A stretch of DNA of 63,779 nucleotides, filler included, from Octopus bimaculoides (GCF_001194135.2; 7 parts of 7 records of this genome joined end to end with filler, not necessarily neighbours in it), one strand, 5' to 3'; positions 11,430 through 24,625 are shown, numbered from the whole stretch's first letter. Notes: generated by a model not told the origin, from the letters alone. Translations and numbers: made by a program.

Positions 11430-12660
11430 GCTGCTCCGTAACTCAGGAGTGAAACTGCCCAGAAATTTGAACCCAAGGAGACAAAACAGGCAGGTGTTAC
11501 AGTAAAGGTGGTAATGGGAGTAGCACGAGCAGCAATGATGGAAGCTACATTAGCAGGAGCAAAACAACAACTACAAGAGAACCTGAGCAAACAACACCAG
11601 AAGAAAATATACAAGACACGGACTCCTCCACGCATCCAAATGATGATGAGGGGGAAGCCCAAAAGGCAAAAAAAAAGAAAGAGACACAGAAAAATGGAGA
11701 AATCCAAGAAACGGTAAACACAGATACACTGATGACAGCACCAACACTAAAAGCACCACATTCACCAACACCCTCAGACACATCCACAACAATAAAAAAC
11801 ACAACAAATTTTGAAAAGAAAAATGTTACTACAACAACTACCATCCGCGCGGCAGGGGAAATTCGTGATAGTGAGGAGTGCCGATGAAAAGCTGATGGCT
11901 CTCATAGCTCAAACAAGAATATTGAAACTGAGGAGAGTATCGGAGAGCCTAATTTTGGTGAGAATGACAGAGACTTACACGAACATTAAGTGGAGCTATC
12001 CGTATGACATTGGATCTCTCAGTGTAACACTCAGCAGTTAGCTTTGAAGGGGTTCCAGAGGGACCCAACAAAACAGATAGAGTGGGAGAACCAATAGACC
12101 ACAAACAGCACCAGGAGGATAAGTGACTCCCTTTTCCTATCCTTCCTGGCCAGTATGGTAGCTCTTAAAGTAGGTTGTATAAATGTACATGGCCTGGGGT
12201 CGTCGTGGAAGCAAGGACGCTTGAACAACGACCTCAGGTGACTAAGTTTGGATGTAGTAGCCGTCATTGAGACCAGGATCGCGGACACGGACCGTGGCTC
12301 CAATTTCTGGTGACTTTGGAGATTTTCGCATCTCTTACTGGACCCGGAAAGTAAGTCGGCGGTCCTGGATGTGAACGATAACGAAGGCACTGCTTTTAGG
12401 CTGGTCGCAGTGTACGCACCGACTAGAGCAGACAGACGGATTTCTTCTGGAGGCCTTTACAGGGACGTCTTGCTCTTTAGTGTTAATGGGTGATTGGAAG
12501 GCCATTTTGGATGAATGTGTGGATTGGGTGTGGCTAGCGGATAGGAAAGGGTGATGTTTACAGATACCAAATTAGCAAACTTGTGAAGTGGATATTGACG
12601 TGGGCAGTGGTGAATAATACGTCGTGGCTGATCTTGAAAATGTTTGAACCAGAGAAAATA
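11430..12660 (+). mobile_element. Tx1/L1-like LINE remnant: putative ORF1 3' region and degenerate APE endonuclease
   Basis: From 12155: MVALKVGCINVHGLGSSWKQGRLNNDLR*LSLDVVAVIETRI, later FRLVAVYAP and LVLMGDWKAILD (APE motifs N.GL, ET, VYAP, GD.N). The upstream K/T/P-rich region is assigned to ORF1 by position only. Confidence 0.75.
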
Positions 12661-14049
12661 GTTACCGGTAATTCTTCTCACTCTTTACTTTCTAGGTTCA
12701 AATCCCGTCGAGACCAGCATACTGTTTCATCCTTTTGGTTTCAATAAAATATGTACCAGTTGAGAACTCGATTCGATGTAAATAAATAACTCCCTCCGTT
12801 TATAAATGCTGGTTTTAAGCAATTATTATTATTAAACTGGTGAAGTGCCAGATTCCTTTATAGTAATGCAGTTTCGGAGAAATGATTCATCATCTTAAAA
12901 AAGCTCAGCCCATATATTTGATAAGCCTTTAGACGACCATAGACTATGATTGTGAACTGTACTTAACAGTGATTTACGATACAATAGACATTACTATTGC
13001 TTAAGATCAAGTCATGTCTGATAAAAGAGATTTACGATCAAAGATATTACCGTCCTTTTCCTAATAATCCAGGATCACAATATCTAATGCGTCGCTCATT
13101 TCTAAGAAGTTAAGATGCAATTTGAGTAAGAGAGATTTCGCTGGAAAATCGAACGCTTATAGGCATCTACATACAAAAGCAAGGGCGTATATTTTAGTTG
13201 TGTACAAGTGAGTAAACCTGATAATTATATCTGACAATTCGTTTCAGACATAAAGCTAATTTTATACATTACGAAAGATGGACAGTGTAGTAATAATAAT
13301 TTCATATAATAAATAATTCGCCAATGAGTAAAATCTTTCTTTTTCTCTCATTTAGATAAGCTATCTTTACTCTAAGCTAATCAATATACCACCAATTATC
13401 AAATCACAAATATTTGTTCTGTATCAGCTTTTATATGTTTCTGATTTACGACGAAACGAATAACCATACGGAAAATTGTTTTACAAATCAATCCCGTTTC
13501 ACCCTTTGTTCGTTGTACAGTTATCAAAAGTCGTTCTAAAGCCAAACTTCGAAACACCATCTTCGGAGCTTTTAACTATATATCAATTGATTAGCAATAT
13601 AGAAAAGTTTATTGCTGAAAAATATTCGTGATTGATGAGAATGGTATTAGAAACAGTTATAATAGTGAGAAGTATAAGGGCGATAAACTGAAAGATAATA
13701 CGAAAGAAAATGTGATTTGGTTAACTGTTTGATTTCTAAACTTTGACTTCAAAACGCAAAAATGTGACATAGGGTACTATTTGAGTTCAAACCTTGCGCA
13801 ATTGCGAGGTGTAACTCGACGTTTTGTTTGCCAACCTTCGATAAAGTAAATGTTAGAAAAAGAGTGAAGTATTATTCGCTAAATGATTCCCCTTTCTCTT
13901 TATAGCACTTTTTACTTTCAATCAAAAGAAGAAAAAAAGTATTTGATAGCACCTGAATAGGTGGTGTTTCCCACATTGAATTAAAAATGTCAGGGCATTA
14001 TAAGATAATGATAATGATGAGAGTGATGATGGTGGTGATGATAATGATG

Positions 14050-15095
14050 ATGAGTTCGAGTACCTTGGGTTCGTGGATGTGGACAATATCTTCCACAAAG
14101 AAATGAAACACAAGGTTACCGCCTCAAACTTCTCTTGAGGTGAAACCTCAAGGCAAGGAACCTTGTGATTGGCATCAACATATGGGCTGTTGCTGTAGTC
14201 CGCTATAGTGCACCCATCCTGAAAAGAAGAAGAAGAAGAAGAAGAAGAAGAAGAAGAAGAAGAAGAAGAAGAAGAAGAAGAAGAAGAAGAAGAAGAAGAA
14301 GAAGAAGAAGAAGAAGAAGAAGAAGAAAACGAAGAAGAAGAAGAAGTATACAAACTGCCAGGCACACCCACAATCATATTCATCTCATGTTCAACTCAAT
14401 GTCAAATCTTAAAAGTACACGGTTAATGCAAAACACATGCCTCATACAACAACCATGCAATAAAACAACATAATTCATACAAGATATTCTACCGATTTAT
14501 ATTTCCAATAACTGTAACAGTATTTACTATAATACACAAGAATCACAAAATATAATTGCACACTGAACGTGCTTGCATAATAGAAACCAGATTCTATAAA
14601 CCAGATTCTCGTAACTCACATTCTAAACAGTTGCAGCATATTAACATAACCAACCCATATAGTCTATTCTCTAATAATACCTTTGCGATATGAGAAAACT
14701 TAACACCAATCCCATAGCATATCGAAGAGTTAAAATGACTTCCAACAAAATAAAATAACTATTAATTTAAATTTACTCAAGGGACTATACATACAATTAC
14801 ATGAAACATAAAAAATAAAACCCTTAAATAATTGATAGCGTTTGCGTTTGTGATAAACAAACTGGATTCTACATTCTCAAAGAGTAAAAACTGAATTCGA
14901 AAACGCTATTGAGCTGAAACAAACACTGTATAACAGTCCCCAGAAGACACACCGGAGAGAATTTAAGCCTGTGTGTAAGCTAAAAGCGTTCAAAAGCTTT
15001 GTATTGAAAGTAGAAACAAAATATCTGATAGCTGCACAGAATCAATTCATAGACACAACTAAGTACAAAAGTAAAATAAAAAACACATTTTAATA
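14050..15095 (+). mobile_element. R4/Dong-like LINE fragments interrupted by (GAA)n
   Basis: 14050-14222 reads DEFEYLGFVDVDNIFHKEMKHKV..RLKLLLR*NLKARNLVIGINIWAVAVVRYSAPILK. 15001-15085 reads VLKVETKYLIAAQNQFIDTTKYKSKIK (LK.ETE..I.AAQDQ motif). Confidence 0.75.
14224..14346. repeat. (GAA)n microsatellite
   Basis: Near-perfect GAA array. Confidence 0.95.
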
Positions 15096-15312
15096 TGAAG
15101 TACATGCTACGCAGGTAGTACACTGAGGCAAGTGACTACATTACTTCTTGTTCAAACGTTGCCAAGTCCGAGTATATTCAGCAAAGCAGTCAAGGCAGCA
15201 GCTACATCTAATCCCTTTTTCTGCAAATTTGGATTATAGTCGGTATAAACAAGTACCAGACTGCGTGCATGATGGTGATATTGCTACAAGTATTAATGCG
15301 GTTAAATATGAT

Positions 15313-15528
15313 AAGGAGGCAAGCTGGTAGAATCGTATCCATGCAGTACAACATTTTTAGCGGTATTTCGTCCGTCTTTACGTTCTGAGTTCAAATTCCG
15401 ACGAGATTGACCTTACCTTTCATCTCCTTTGGTGTTGATAAAATATGAACCAGTTGGGCACTTGGATCGATATAACGGATTTATCCCCCACCCCTGAAAT
15501 TGCTGGCCGTGTGCCAACATTTCAAAGC
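15313..15528 (+). mobile_element. SINE family A copy
   Basis: Head, gagttcaaattcc B box, core and tail all present, diverged. Confidence 0.85.
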
Positions 15529-16944
15529 AGTATGATTGAATATAATCGAAACTTTACGGAAGGAAAAAATAAGCGCCAAATGTTTCAATGTTCGTCTGGT
15601 CCACCTTCAGCCGTGTAGGATTAAATTCTAAACAGAAAAATCTCAGCATTAACAAATAAATTGAACTGGTGGAAAATGAGAATTCCTTCCAATGCGACCT
15701 ATATAATTAGGACTAAGTAACAATTTACCTCCTAATGTATGGCTGCCCAGTTTATAAGCTGCTAATACATATACAGACATGAGTAATCTGACAGTTATAG
15801 CTATTGGATCAAAGTAAACTCGAGACATTTTAATCATTGTCATGAATGAGAATATATATTCTCTGATACAATTTTGCGTCCTTTTCCACTGAATCATTTA
15901 AGGAAACGTAATGGAAAAAAGCCACTGGACGACATATTTAGTTCAACAGTACATAACACTTGATGGACTTACTGCACGCATTTTACTAATCTGTCATCGC
16001 ATCTCAATACTATAGTGACAATAAAATCACAAAAAGAAAAAGAAATACTGACATAACATGATTCGTCAAAACAATTTTTACAACACTTCTCTGCGACTCA
16101 ATAAACATTCGGGCATTCACTTCAATTATGTATACAGAGGAAAAAAAACAAAACTTGAACGAATCCATTTAAAAAATAATGAGAAATAAAATAGCGGAAA
16201 GGACAATCTGGAAAAGTAAGAATAAATAATACGAACAATTCTGAATCAACAGGTAAACTATAGCGATGCTTAGAACCAGTAGAGTATTAGGAAGTACGAA
16301 ATAATATCATACTTTACAGATAAGCGGCTTATCTTGTTTTAAATACTCTAGATATACGTCTACTTAGTTTCTTTTTGTCATCTAATAATCTTAGGATGAC
16401 TATACTTAATGTTATATACAATGAAATGGCGGATTTATTTATTATTTATTTAGGTCTTCACACCTAACATATCTAAGTAATGTTTTTATTCTATACATTT
16501 CGCAAACTAATGTAAAGTAGGCGTCAGTATAGTGTAGAACGTGGTTGATTACGATTTAGAATTTCGATTCATTCTTCAAGTTCATAATTTCAAACTCTAC
16601 CAATATCGGTTATTCAATAAGACTGCAACCTTGTTGCACCGATAGTGTTGACGACTTGAACAAAACTGATTATAGTGAGTCGACTCTACGCATTGTTCCT
16701 ATGTCTCGTCTATTCAACTCTGCAATTTCAAGATATTTTAGGAAGACTATATTAAAATATGTTTATCAATTCGTTTTGCAACATTCCTGGTGTGAAATCG
16801 TGTGTTGAAACAAATACTGTTGTATTTCGGGATGGTTGTTTTATTTTTTTTAGATTTTTGTGTGCCAAATAAATACATCCACTATATATCTATTCCTTCA
16901 CTCGTTTATTACTGCTCTTTTTTTTATTATTTTAACTCATGTCC

Positions 16945-16992
16945 ATTATCCGGAAATCTTTCATCACGCATCTGTGACCTCTTCAGTGACAC
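16945..16992 (-). ncRNA. Decayed minimal hammerhead ribozyme motif (HHR-2)
   Basis: GUGUCA-CUGAAGA-G-GUCAC-AGAUGC-GUGAU-GAAA-GAUUU-C: intact core, 5-bp stem II, near-palindromic stem III; stem I pairs poorly. Confidence 0.5.
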
Positions 16993-17269
16993 TTTTCGTT
17001 TTCATGTGTGTTCTTGCTTCACTTACTCCAACAGAATGTGTTTTTTTGGCACAAAAAAAATATAATAAAATGACCGTCTCGAAACACAACAATATATTAA
17101 AATATGTTACCTACTAACTTGAATATGAAGCAACACACACATGTAAATATATGTAGTGTAATGATGCTGACTGACGAACTGATGAACCAGTCTTTGAGGA
17201 TGCATCGAGCTGTACCGATATACTGTAGGGTAAATATTGTTATTATGACTATTGTTATTGTTATTATTA

Positions 17270-17333
17270 CGATCTGTGTGTGTGTTTGTGCGTGTGTGTG
17301 TTTGTGAGTGTCTGAATGTGTGTAAGTATGTGC

Positions 17334-17391
<58 letters not shown>

Positions 17392-17450
17392 CCATAAATA
17401 CATACATGCATATATATATTTGTATGTATATGTGTGTGGGTGTGTATATA
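17270..17450. repeat. Compound (TG)/(TA)/(CA) microsatellite
   Basis: Directly visible. Confidence 0.9.
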
Positions 17451-17670
17451 CATATATATCAAATGTATTCGTATGTATATGAATATGAAATTACTTAAAA
17501 ATAACGGTTAAATGTTTGAGATTGCTAATTGGGTAAACGTAGTTGTGTTCTGTGCAGGTATTGTTGGAACGGCCTTTGCACCTAAAAAAAGCAAATTGGT
17601 CTAACCACGATTGAGCATGTGGTAGCAAATAAGCAATGGACATTAGCTTTACAAATATTATTGACTAATA

Positions 17671-17841
17671 TAAGGAGACGGGTTGGTAGAATCATTAGCA
17701 CGCCTGGCGAAATGGTTACCGGCTTTCATCCGTCATACGTTCTGAGCTCAATTTCCTCCGAGCTCAAGTTTGCATTTCATCCTTTCGGAGTCTATAAAAT
17801 AAGCACCAGTTTCGTACTGAGGTCGATGTAACCGATTAACC
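17671..17841 (+). mobile_element. SINE family A copy
   Basis: taaggagacgggttggtagaatcattagcacgcc head and tttcatcctttcggagtctataaaataagcaccagtt core. Confidence 0.8.
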
Positions 17842-20800
17842 ACAATATGAAAAATCAATATTATTGGCTAACCTTTTCAGTATTAGTACTACGTTTAACT
17901 ACATACAGATTCTTAGACATGTTTCTGGCTGTCACTCGTAATCGAGTATGTCTTGTTCGCATTAGAAATGTTTTACTTTGTTTATTGTTGCGAAGAGTTT
18001 CTAAAACATGTTTTACTGTGAGATTTTGGAGCAAAGAAACTGGTGCAATCCTGGCAGCTGGTATTGCAGAATAATCTTGATAGAACTGGTGTTGTGGATT
18101 GTAACATATCTTCGCTCTTCCTCTCTTTTTCCCTTTCTCTCACTCACTCACCTTCAGCCAACATCTACCACTGTTCGCAATCAGTCATTATCTTCTCCCA
18201 CCAAATCGCGATCAGGTCACGTGCTTCATTCAGATATCTTTTGTTAACATACACATAGCAGAGTCACGGAAGCGTTTTTCGACGGCTTCCATTTTTATAC
18301 CACTGTAGAGCATAGTGTTAGGATTCCTTACAGATAATATATCCCACCTGGAGCAACTTCACTTCAAGTGGGATAGAGTCAACACTAGGCATATTTGTCC
18401 CTGGCTAATAATATTGCTAAGCAATACTCAACGTAGATCTAAGCTGGTGCAACGTTTTGATATGCTGGCAATAAGATATGTCGGTCTCAACAGAATAAGC
18501 TTATTCAGATTTATTTAGCAGAAGCATTTGAGGACGCGTTTCATGCGCAAAGATATACACCTTAGAAACTATGTCATAATTTCTACAGATTAAATTACTG
18601 ATGCACGTCTATGTTGCCCATTAATATCATTTATTTTTAATTATTAGCAACGGAATGAGTTATAAAGGTAATATTCATATCCAACTTAACATGATACCAT
18701 GTTAGAACTTCGAATAGTGCGTTATTACCCTTGATACGTCCTCTTATACAGACAATTAGCGAACAGAAGCACACGCATAGATAGTAGCAGACGTGATCGT
18801 CTGTCATGGGCGCTAGAATTCCAATATCACGTGATTTTATTCTAATGAAAATCATCAGTGTGAAACAACTGGTTACCACATGTCAGTTGAATCTCACTAC
18901 AATGACATATAGAATATCATCATCTTTTTACACAGTTACTATGCGCCAAACACTTATATGAGGGGATCTCTCAAGGCTAATAACGCAGTATTCGGTGTTC
19001 TAACAAACAACCATGTTAAGATGGATATAAAGATTACCTTTTGGTATTGATAATGCGTCCGTCGCTAATAGTTTTCAATAGTCTTGCTCGCTATTTGGAC
19101 TCCAGTATCTGAAAAGATGCTGGTATTTTATATATCGTAGCAACAAGATGTGAATTGCAAAGGGTAACTAGACGCTTCCAACTGATGATTTTCAATAGAA
19201 TGAAATTACGTGATATGGGAATTCCGGCGCCCACGACAGACGGTTCTTGTCTGCTGCGATCTATGGGTTTGTTTTATGCACTAAACGCCTATATAATAGG
19301 ACCTCACTAGGCTAATAAAGCAGGATCCGGTATTCTAAGAAAATATCCACACTAAAGATTACGTACATGTTTTGAATTCAAGAATAAGATATGCCATTTA
19401 AAGAGGAGTTATCTCAAAGTAATGCGGTATTCATAGCGTGCAAATCGTATGAGAACTTGCTGGATTCACCCTGTCAGTAACTTTATTTAATAATGCAGGC
19501 AATCAGAGGCACATAGAGCATGTGAAGTGAAACATACTAGCAAGGAATTGATCCTGACTTGCATAACGTATGTGCCTATTTTCATTCGTCCCCGGATGTA
19601 CCTATATCTTTGAGCGTTGGAACCAAAAGGAGATTATTTCGCAATGTTTCCTTTATCAAAGTCAAATATATATATGAAGATGTAAAGGGAATTTATAAAC
19701 AAATAGCATATCCGGTTCCCAACTCGTTTCTGTTCACTTATAGTCTCCCTAGGAAACCAATAGAACTGATTGTCGAAAATTGGATACGGATTTGAAGTAG
19801 TTGGAATTTGGAATGTTAGAAGTTCTTTAATTCAAAGAGGATTTTAACCCCTTTTCTCAATGAATTAGCAATTATAAACGTCATAGAGTTTATATGACCT
19901 GACAGTTTACGTTGTTATACTTTTGGTCATTGTATCCTGTTCCTGTTGGAACGCCGCTCCCATGATCTGTCAATTTGATCGTTTCGATTGCCTCATTTTA
20001 AAGTAATTTGTTTATTTTAACGGTATTTATCCAGAATCATACAAGAATATCTTCGCATACATGACGGGATTCTTGCAGTATTCACCTAACTCATTTCACT
20101 TACAAAATTATGTGTTTACTTCACATTTCTGTACATGACACTTGCCTGAGATCAGGGGTTGTTAGAAAGCAACATTCTCAATCGCACTATTATGCACATT
20201 CCTATTGACACAACTCTGTAAATGTGTGGGTTGCATAGTTAATTATATTTCTACTAACACAATTCTGACATATAATTCTATGAAATAAAGATAAATATGC
20301 CAAAAGGTACTGACTAAATTCCAAAGCGACTCGCTGTGATATATATATATATAAACCTGAATCAATTTGCAGAAAATATATTTTCAGTAACACTAATATA
20401 TGTTGCGGAGATCTACAAGAAAAAAACATCAAGAACGATGAAATGCTGGATGTGGGCCAATAAAAGAGTTTTATGTGTCATGTGAAATCCACTACTATAT
20501 GAAACAAATCATTGAGTTGCAGTTGCCTGATGCAGTTGGTCAAATGCATAGAATAAAGAGTATCGTGGAATTAGGTACGTTTTATCAGTCGTGCGATTAT
20601 GAAACGAAATCGAATACTCTTGAAATGCGTCCTCTTATACGATTCAATGTGACTACCTTGACATTAACTTACAATTTCATATGATTAAAAATGTTGAGAT
20701 AATTAGCAGTTCTGTTCAGATATTGTGCACTTAATATTTGTAGGTCACCTACGTATTGCAGAGACCTTCATTGATTCTATTACCGAAGTGACTAGATTCT

Positions 20801-21869
20801 AAAAAATCAGAATCGATAGGTGCATTTTGCTTATAGCCAATAAAACATCAACATGTAAATAGTAAGAAATACTAAGTTGTAAATTTCTGCACGTTGGGTA
20901 CCAAATATAAGGAGAATTAGTTCGTTTCAGACGCGTGTAATGCAAGATGCAGTCGTGTACTTGACATGGAAAGCATCTTCCGGAGGAGGGGTGAAGAATG
21001 AACGGGCAACAGAAAATTCATATGAATGCACAAAGCTTAATCTGTTTATACATAAACTTTGTCAGTTTATGTATGTCGCAAAGCGTTTGCTGGATGAATA
21101 ATGATGTGAGTTACGTTGATGACATAAATAATGTCGATAATAGTAAGATAAAATGGCCAATAACTCGTGAAATGAATTCGTAAAACGAAGAGTTAAGGCG
21201 AAAGTTTGATATATGTCATCGCATTGACATTAAAGGTGCAAATGGGAAATATAAGCTGCCGATGATAGAATAAATATGATGGAAAGCAGCACAAAATCAC
21301 AGTTTTTATTGACGACAGAAATTACCAATTATTTTTCATAAGTGTCTGAAATGATTTAATTGTTTATAACGATCATCATTGATTAACTATCCAGCATATA
21401 ATTTGTAACTAACTTAATTTATCACTTACTTAATGAAACAGAACTACTTATTCAGCAATTACTGCTAGTAATTATTAAATGTTTTCGATAATCATTTAAA
21501 GGAGCGGCAGCAATTATTGGTGGATATATAAAATTCCTAAAGGTTACAATTAGTGTTCGCAAGTTTAAATGGCATATACAAATATGATGAGATTTCAGAC
21601 GCAATTCGTATTTCAAATTTTCATTTGGTATTGAAGCATAAACTTCATAATATTATTTTCATTCTCAAGCAAATGTCTATTAGACAGAATTCAAATACTG
21701 AAAACTTATTTAAAAGTCAGGAATTAATTGACATATTAAACAGTCAAACAGTCTGTGATCTCCGGGCGATAACCCTTGAATTGAAACACAAATAAGTAAT
21801 CTCACAAAGCAAAATCATACGTGCATATGCACCGACATTTGTGGGTGAATGTATCCGTACCTATGTACA

Positions 21870-21944
21870 TACATACATACAAACATACATACATGCATAC
21901 ATACATACATACGTACATACATACATACATACATGCATACATAC
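21870..21944. repeat. (CATA)n microsatellite
   Basis: Directly visible. Confidence 0.9.
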
Positions 21945-21949
21945 ATTTC

Positions 21950-22540
21950 TATAATTATTTAAAGCTGTTTTATGGTGAGCTTGCAGAAGGGAAACACTAT
22001 CGGTGTAAACGTAAAAAACGTTTAAGGACGGTATAAGGACTACTATGAAGTCACTTGGAATGGATTCAGAGGACATAGAAACACTTGCTTCGGATCGAGC
22101 TGGACGGCGAACAAAAGTATGGAGTGGAGGGAAAGGATTTGAAGAAGCCGGGATAACGCATGCAAGACTCAAGAGAGAGTTAAAGAAGAATGTTACGATC
22201 GAGAAGGTAAATTACAATGGCCTCTTTGATTGTATAGTTTGTGACAGACCATGCCTTTCTTTTGCTGGGCTCAAATCTCATTTGCAAACCTCCACCAACT
22301 ATTCTGCCTATATGTCTGTGCATACCTTTCAATGCAATATATGCCAGAAGGTCTGCAATTCTAATGGAGGCCTCATAAGGCATTTTGAGATCCACAAATA
22401 TCAGAAATTAACTGCAGCTCTTGGTGGTCCAAATCTGATATGCAATCTATGTAGGTGCCCTTTCTAAACATTACCTGGTTTAAACATTTACATCAGACGC
22501 CATATTTTAAGGTACAAAAGGGGTCAAAATTTGCAGACTC
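21950..22540 (+). mobile_element. RTE/BovB-like LINE 3' end with three C2H2-type fingers
   Basis: KLFYGELAEGK..KR(F)KD..MKSLGMDSEDIETLASDRAGRRTKV..G.GFEE matches the RTE post-RT region. It is followed by CIVC..GLKSH, CNIC..GLIRHFEIH and CNLC..F*TLPGLNIYIRRH; frameshift and stop present. Confidence 0.8.
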
Positions 22541-22603
22541 AGACACACACACACACACACATATATATAACTGTGTAAGAGTATAATGTATATTTACTCA
22601 TTT

Positions 22604-22735
22604 TCCGGCGTGCCTGTGTGGTAAAATTTTGATAGCCAATCCCACTGTTTCGGGTCCAGTTGCATTGTGTATTACATGAGGCAAGTGACTTCTACTATAG
22701 CCCCGGGGCGACCAAACACTTGTGAGTGAGTTTCT
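22604..22735 (+). mobile_element. SINE family B, degenerate 5' part
   Basis: tgtgtggtaa...ggcaagtgacttctactatagccccggggcgaccaaac..ttgtgagtg similar to 61835-61980. Confidence 0.7.
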
Positions 22736-22973
22736 TATACAGTAACAAGTCAATCGCCACACCAAAGTGGCCAAATAGCTCAAAACTGAGTAAATTTTGC
22801 GATTCTGTTACTTGCTAGAGGGTAAGGTGTTCTGTTCTCTCCCCCTGCTAACAATATACATTGTATATAAAGGGTGTAGATCCGCACCGATAACCAGCAG
22901 GCGGAGAATCTGCCTGAGGTTAAACTAGTAGTAACGTCGAATAACCACTTTGATGTAGCGACTGACTTAATTT

Positions 22974-22988
22974 ATATACATACATACA

Positions 22989-23052
<64 letters not shown>

Positions 23053-23152
23053 NNNNNNNNNNNNNNNNNNNNNNNNNNNNNNNNNNNNNNNNNNNNTTAA
23101 TTAATTAANNNNNNNNNNNNNNNNNNNNNNNNNNNNNNNNNNNNNNNNNNNN

Positions 23153-23188
<36 letters not shown>

Positions 23189-23212
23189 TGTGTGTGTGTG
23201 TGTGTGCGTGTG
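22974..23212. repeat. (TACA)n(CA)n / gap / (TG)n
   Basis: Microsatellites flanking a placeholder gap. Confidence 0.9.
23097..23108. other. Assembly gap placeholder TTAATTAATTAA (also at 33202, 46023, 49326, 54021, 60933)
   Basis: Identical 12-mer centred in about 100-bp N runs (44 N each side) six times; it gives stops in all six frames. Artefact, not biology. Confidence 0.9.
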
Positions 23213-23703
23213 TAAATCTTGATGTTTCGGTCAAAAATTGGCCCAGGCCATGTCTAGAATGAATGTTAAGTCATTTTTAAGTCAAGGCTGGTATGATGGC
23301 CCATTCAAGTAAGGAGTTGTTGTTAATTGAGATGTATCCGGATATAGGTGGTTTGTCTGGTAACCGTTAAAGAAATTTGTGTCCAGATATCATTCGAAGG
23401 TGATGGGGTCATTTTATTTTTTTTTCATTTTTGTTTGTTTTTTTCGATAATGTTAAATACAGCAGAATCTGTTTAGGAAAAGTAATTGTGACCCTGAATT
23501 GTGTAGGGCGCATATGGCAATGGAACCCAGACTTGGATGAATTCTGAATTTGATATTAAGATCGTTTGTCCGATGCTGGTTGGTGGTATATTCTTCACAT
23601 TGTGCAAATGATTTCGCGCTCACAGTGGCGCATGAGAATTAAGTGTCAATGCTTTAAAGCGGTCCCAATAATAACCAAGCTGAATCATGCCTCATATCAG
23701 ATT

Positions 23704-23710
23704 CTATCTG

Positions 23711-23769
<59 letters not shown>

Positions 23770-23800
23770 GTCGTCTGCCTTTCTGTCTGTCGTCTGTTTT

Positions 23801-23854
<54 letters not shown>

Positions 23855-23882
23855 GTCTGCCTTTCTGTCTGTCGTCTGTTTT

Positions 23883-23937
<55 letters not shown>

Positions 23938-23940
23938 GTC
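23704..23940. repeat. (TCTA)n array with a duplicated 32-bp interruption
   Basis: tcgtctgcctttctgtctgtcgtctgtttttc at 23771-23802 and 23853-23884. Confidence 0.9.
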
Positions 23941-24625
23941 TGTCTGTTAGTTCCTCTATATACATATGCACATATATNNNNNNNNNNNNNNNNNNNNNNN
24001 NNNNNNNNNNNNNNNNNNNNNNNNNNNNNNNNNNNNNNNNNNNNNNNNNNNNNNNNNNNNNNNNNNNNNNNNNNNNNNNNNNNNNNNNNNNNNNNNNNNN
24101 NNNNNNNNNNNNNNNNNNNNNNNNNNNNNNNNNNNNNNNNNNNNNNNNNNNNNNNNNNNNNNNNNNNNNNNNNNNNNNNNNNNNNNNNNNNNNNNNNNNN
24201 NNNNNNNNNNNNNNNNNNNNNNNNNNNNNNNNNNNNNNNNNNNNNNNNNNNNNNNNNNNNNNNNNNNNNNNNNNNNNNNNNNNNNNNNNNNNNNNNNNNN
24301 NNNNNNNNNNNNNNNNNNNNNNNNNNNNNNNNNNNNNNNNNNNNNNNNNNNNNNNNNNNNNNNNNNNNNNNNNNNNNNNNNNNNNNNNNNNNNNNNNNNN
24401 NNNNNNNNNNNNNNNNNNNNNNNNNNNNNNNNNNNNNNNNNNNNNNNNNNNNNNNNNNNNNNNNNNNNNNNNNNNNNNNNNNNNNNNNNNNNNNNNNNNN
24501 NNNNNNNNNNNNNNNNNNNNNNNNNNNNNNNNNNNNNNNNNNNNNNNNNNNNNNNNNNNNNNNNNNNNNNNNNNNNNNNNNNNNNNNNNNNNNNNNNNNN
24601 NNNNNNNNNNNNNNNNNNNNNNNNN

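Noticed and set aside
16671-16682. TATAGTGAGTCG, a 12-nt match to the reverse T7 promoter (vector contamination?)
   Set aside because: The match stops at 12 nt, no other vector sequence is nearby, and the flanks look genomic.
19173-19220. CTGATGA...GAAA hammerhead candidate
   Set aside because: Stem II is at most 3 bp, with no palindromic stem III and no adjacent stem I.
20425-20465. acatc...GAAA...gatgt...aataaa resembling a hammerhead scaffold
   Set aside because: CUGANGA core and stem II are absent.
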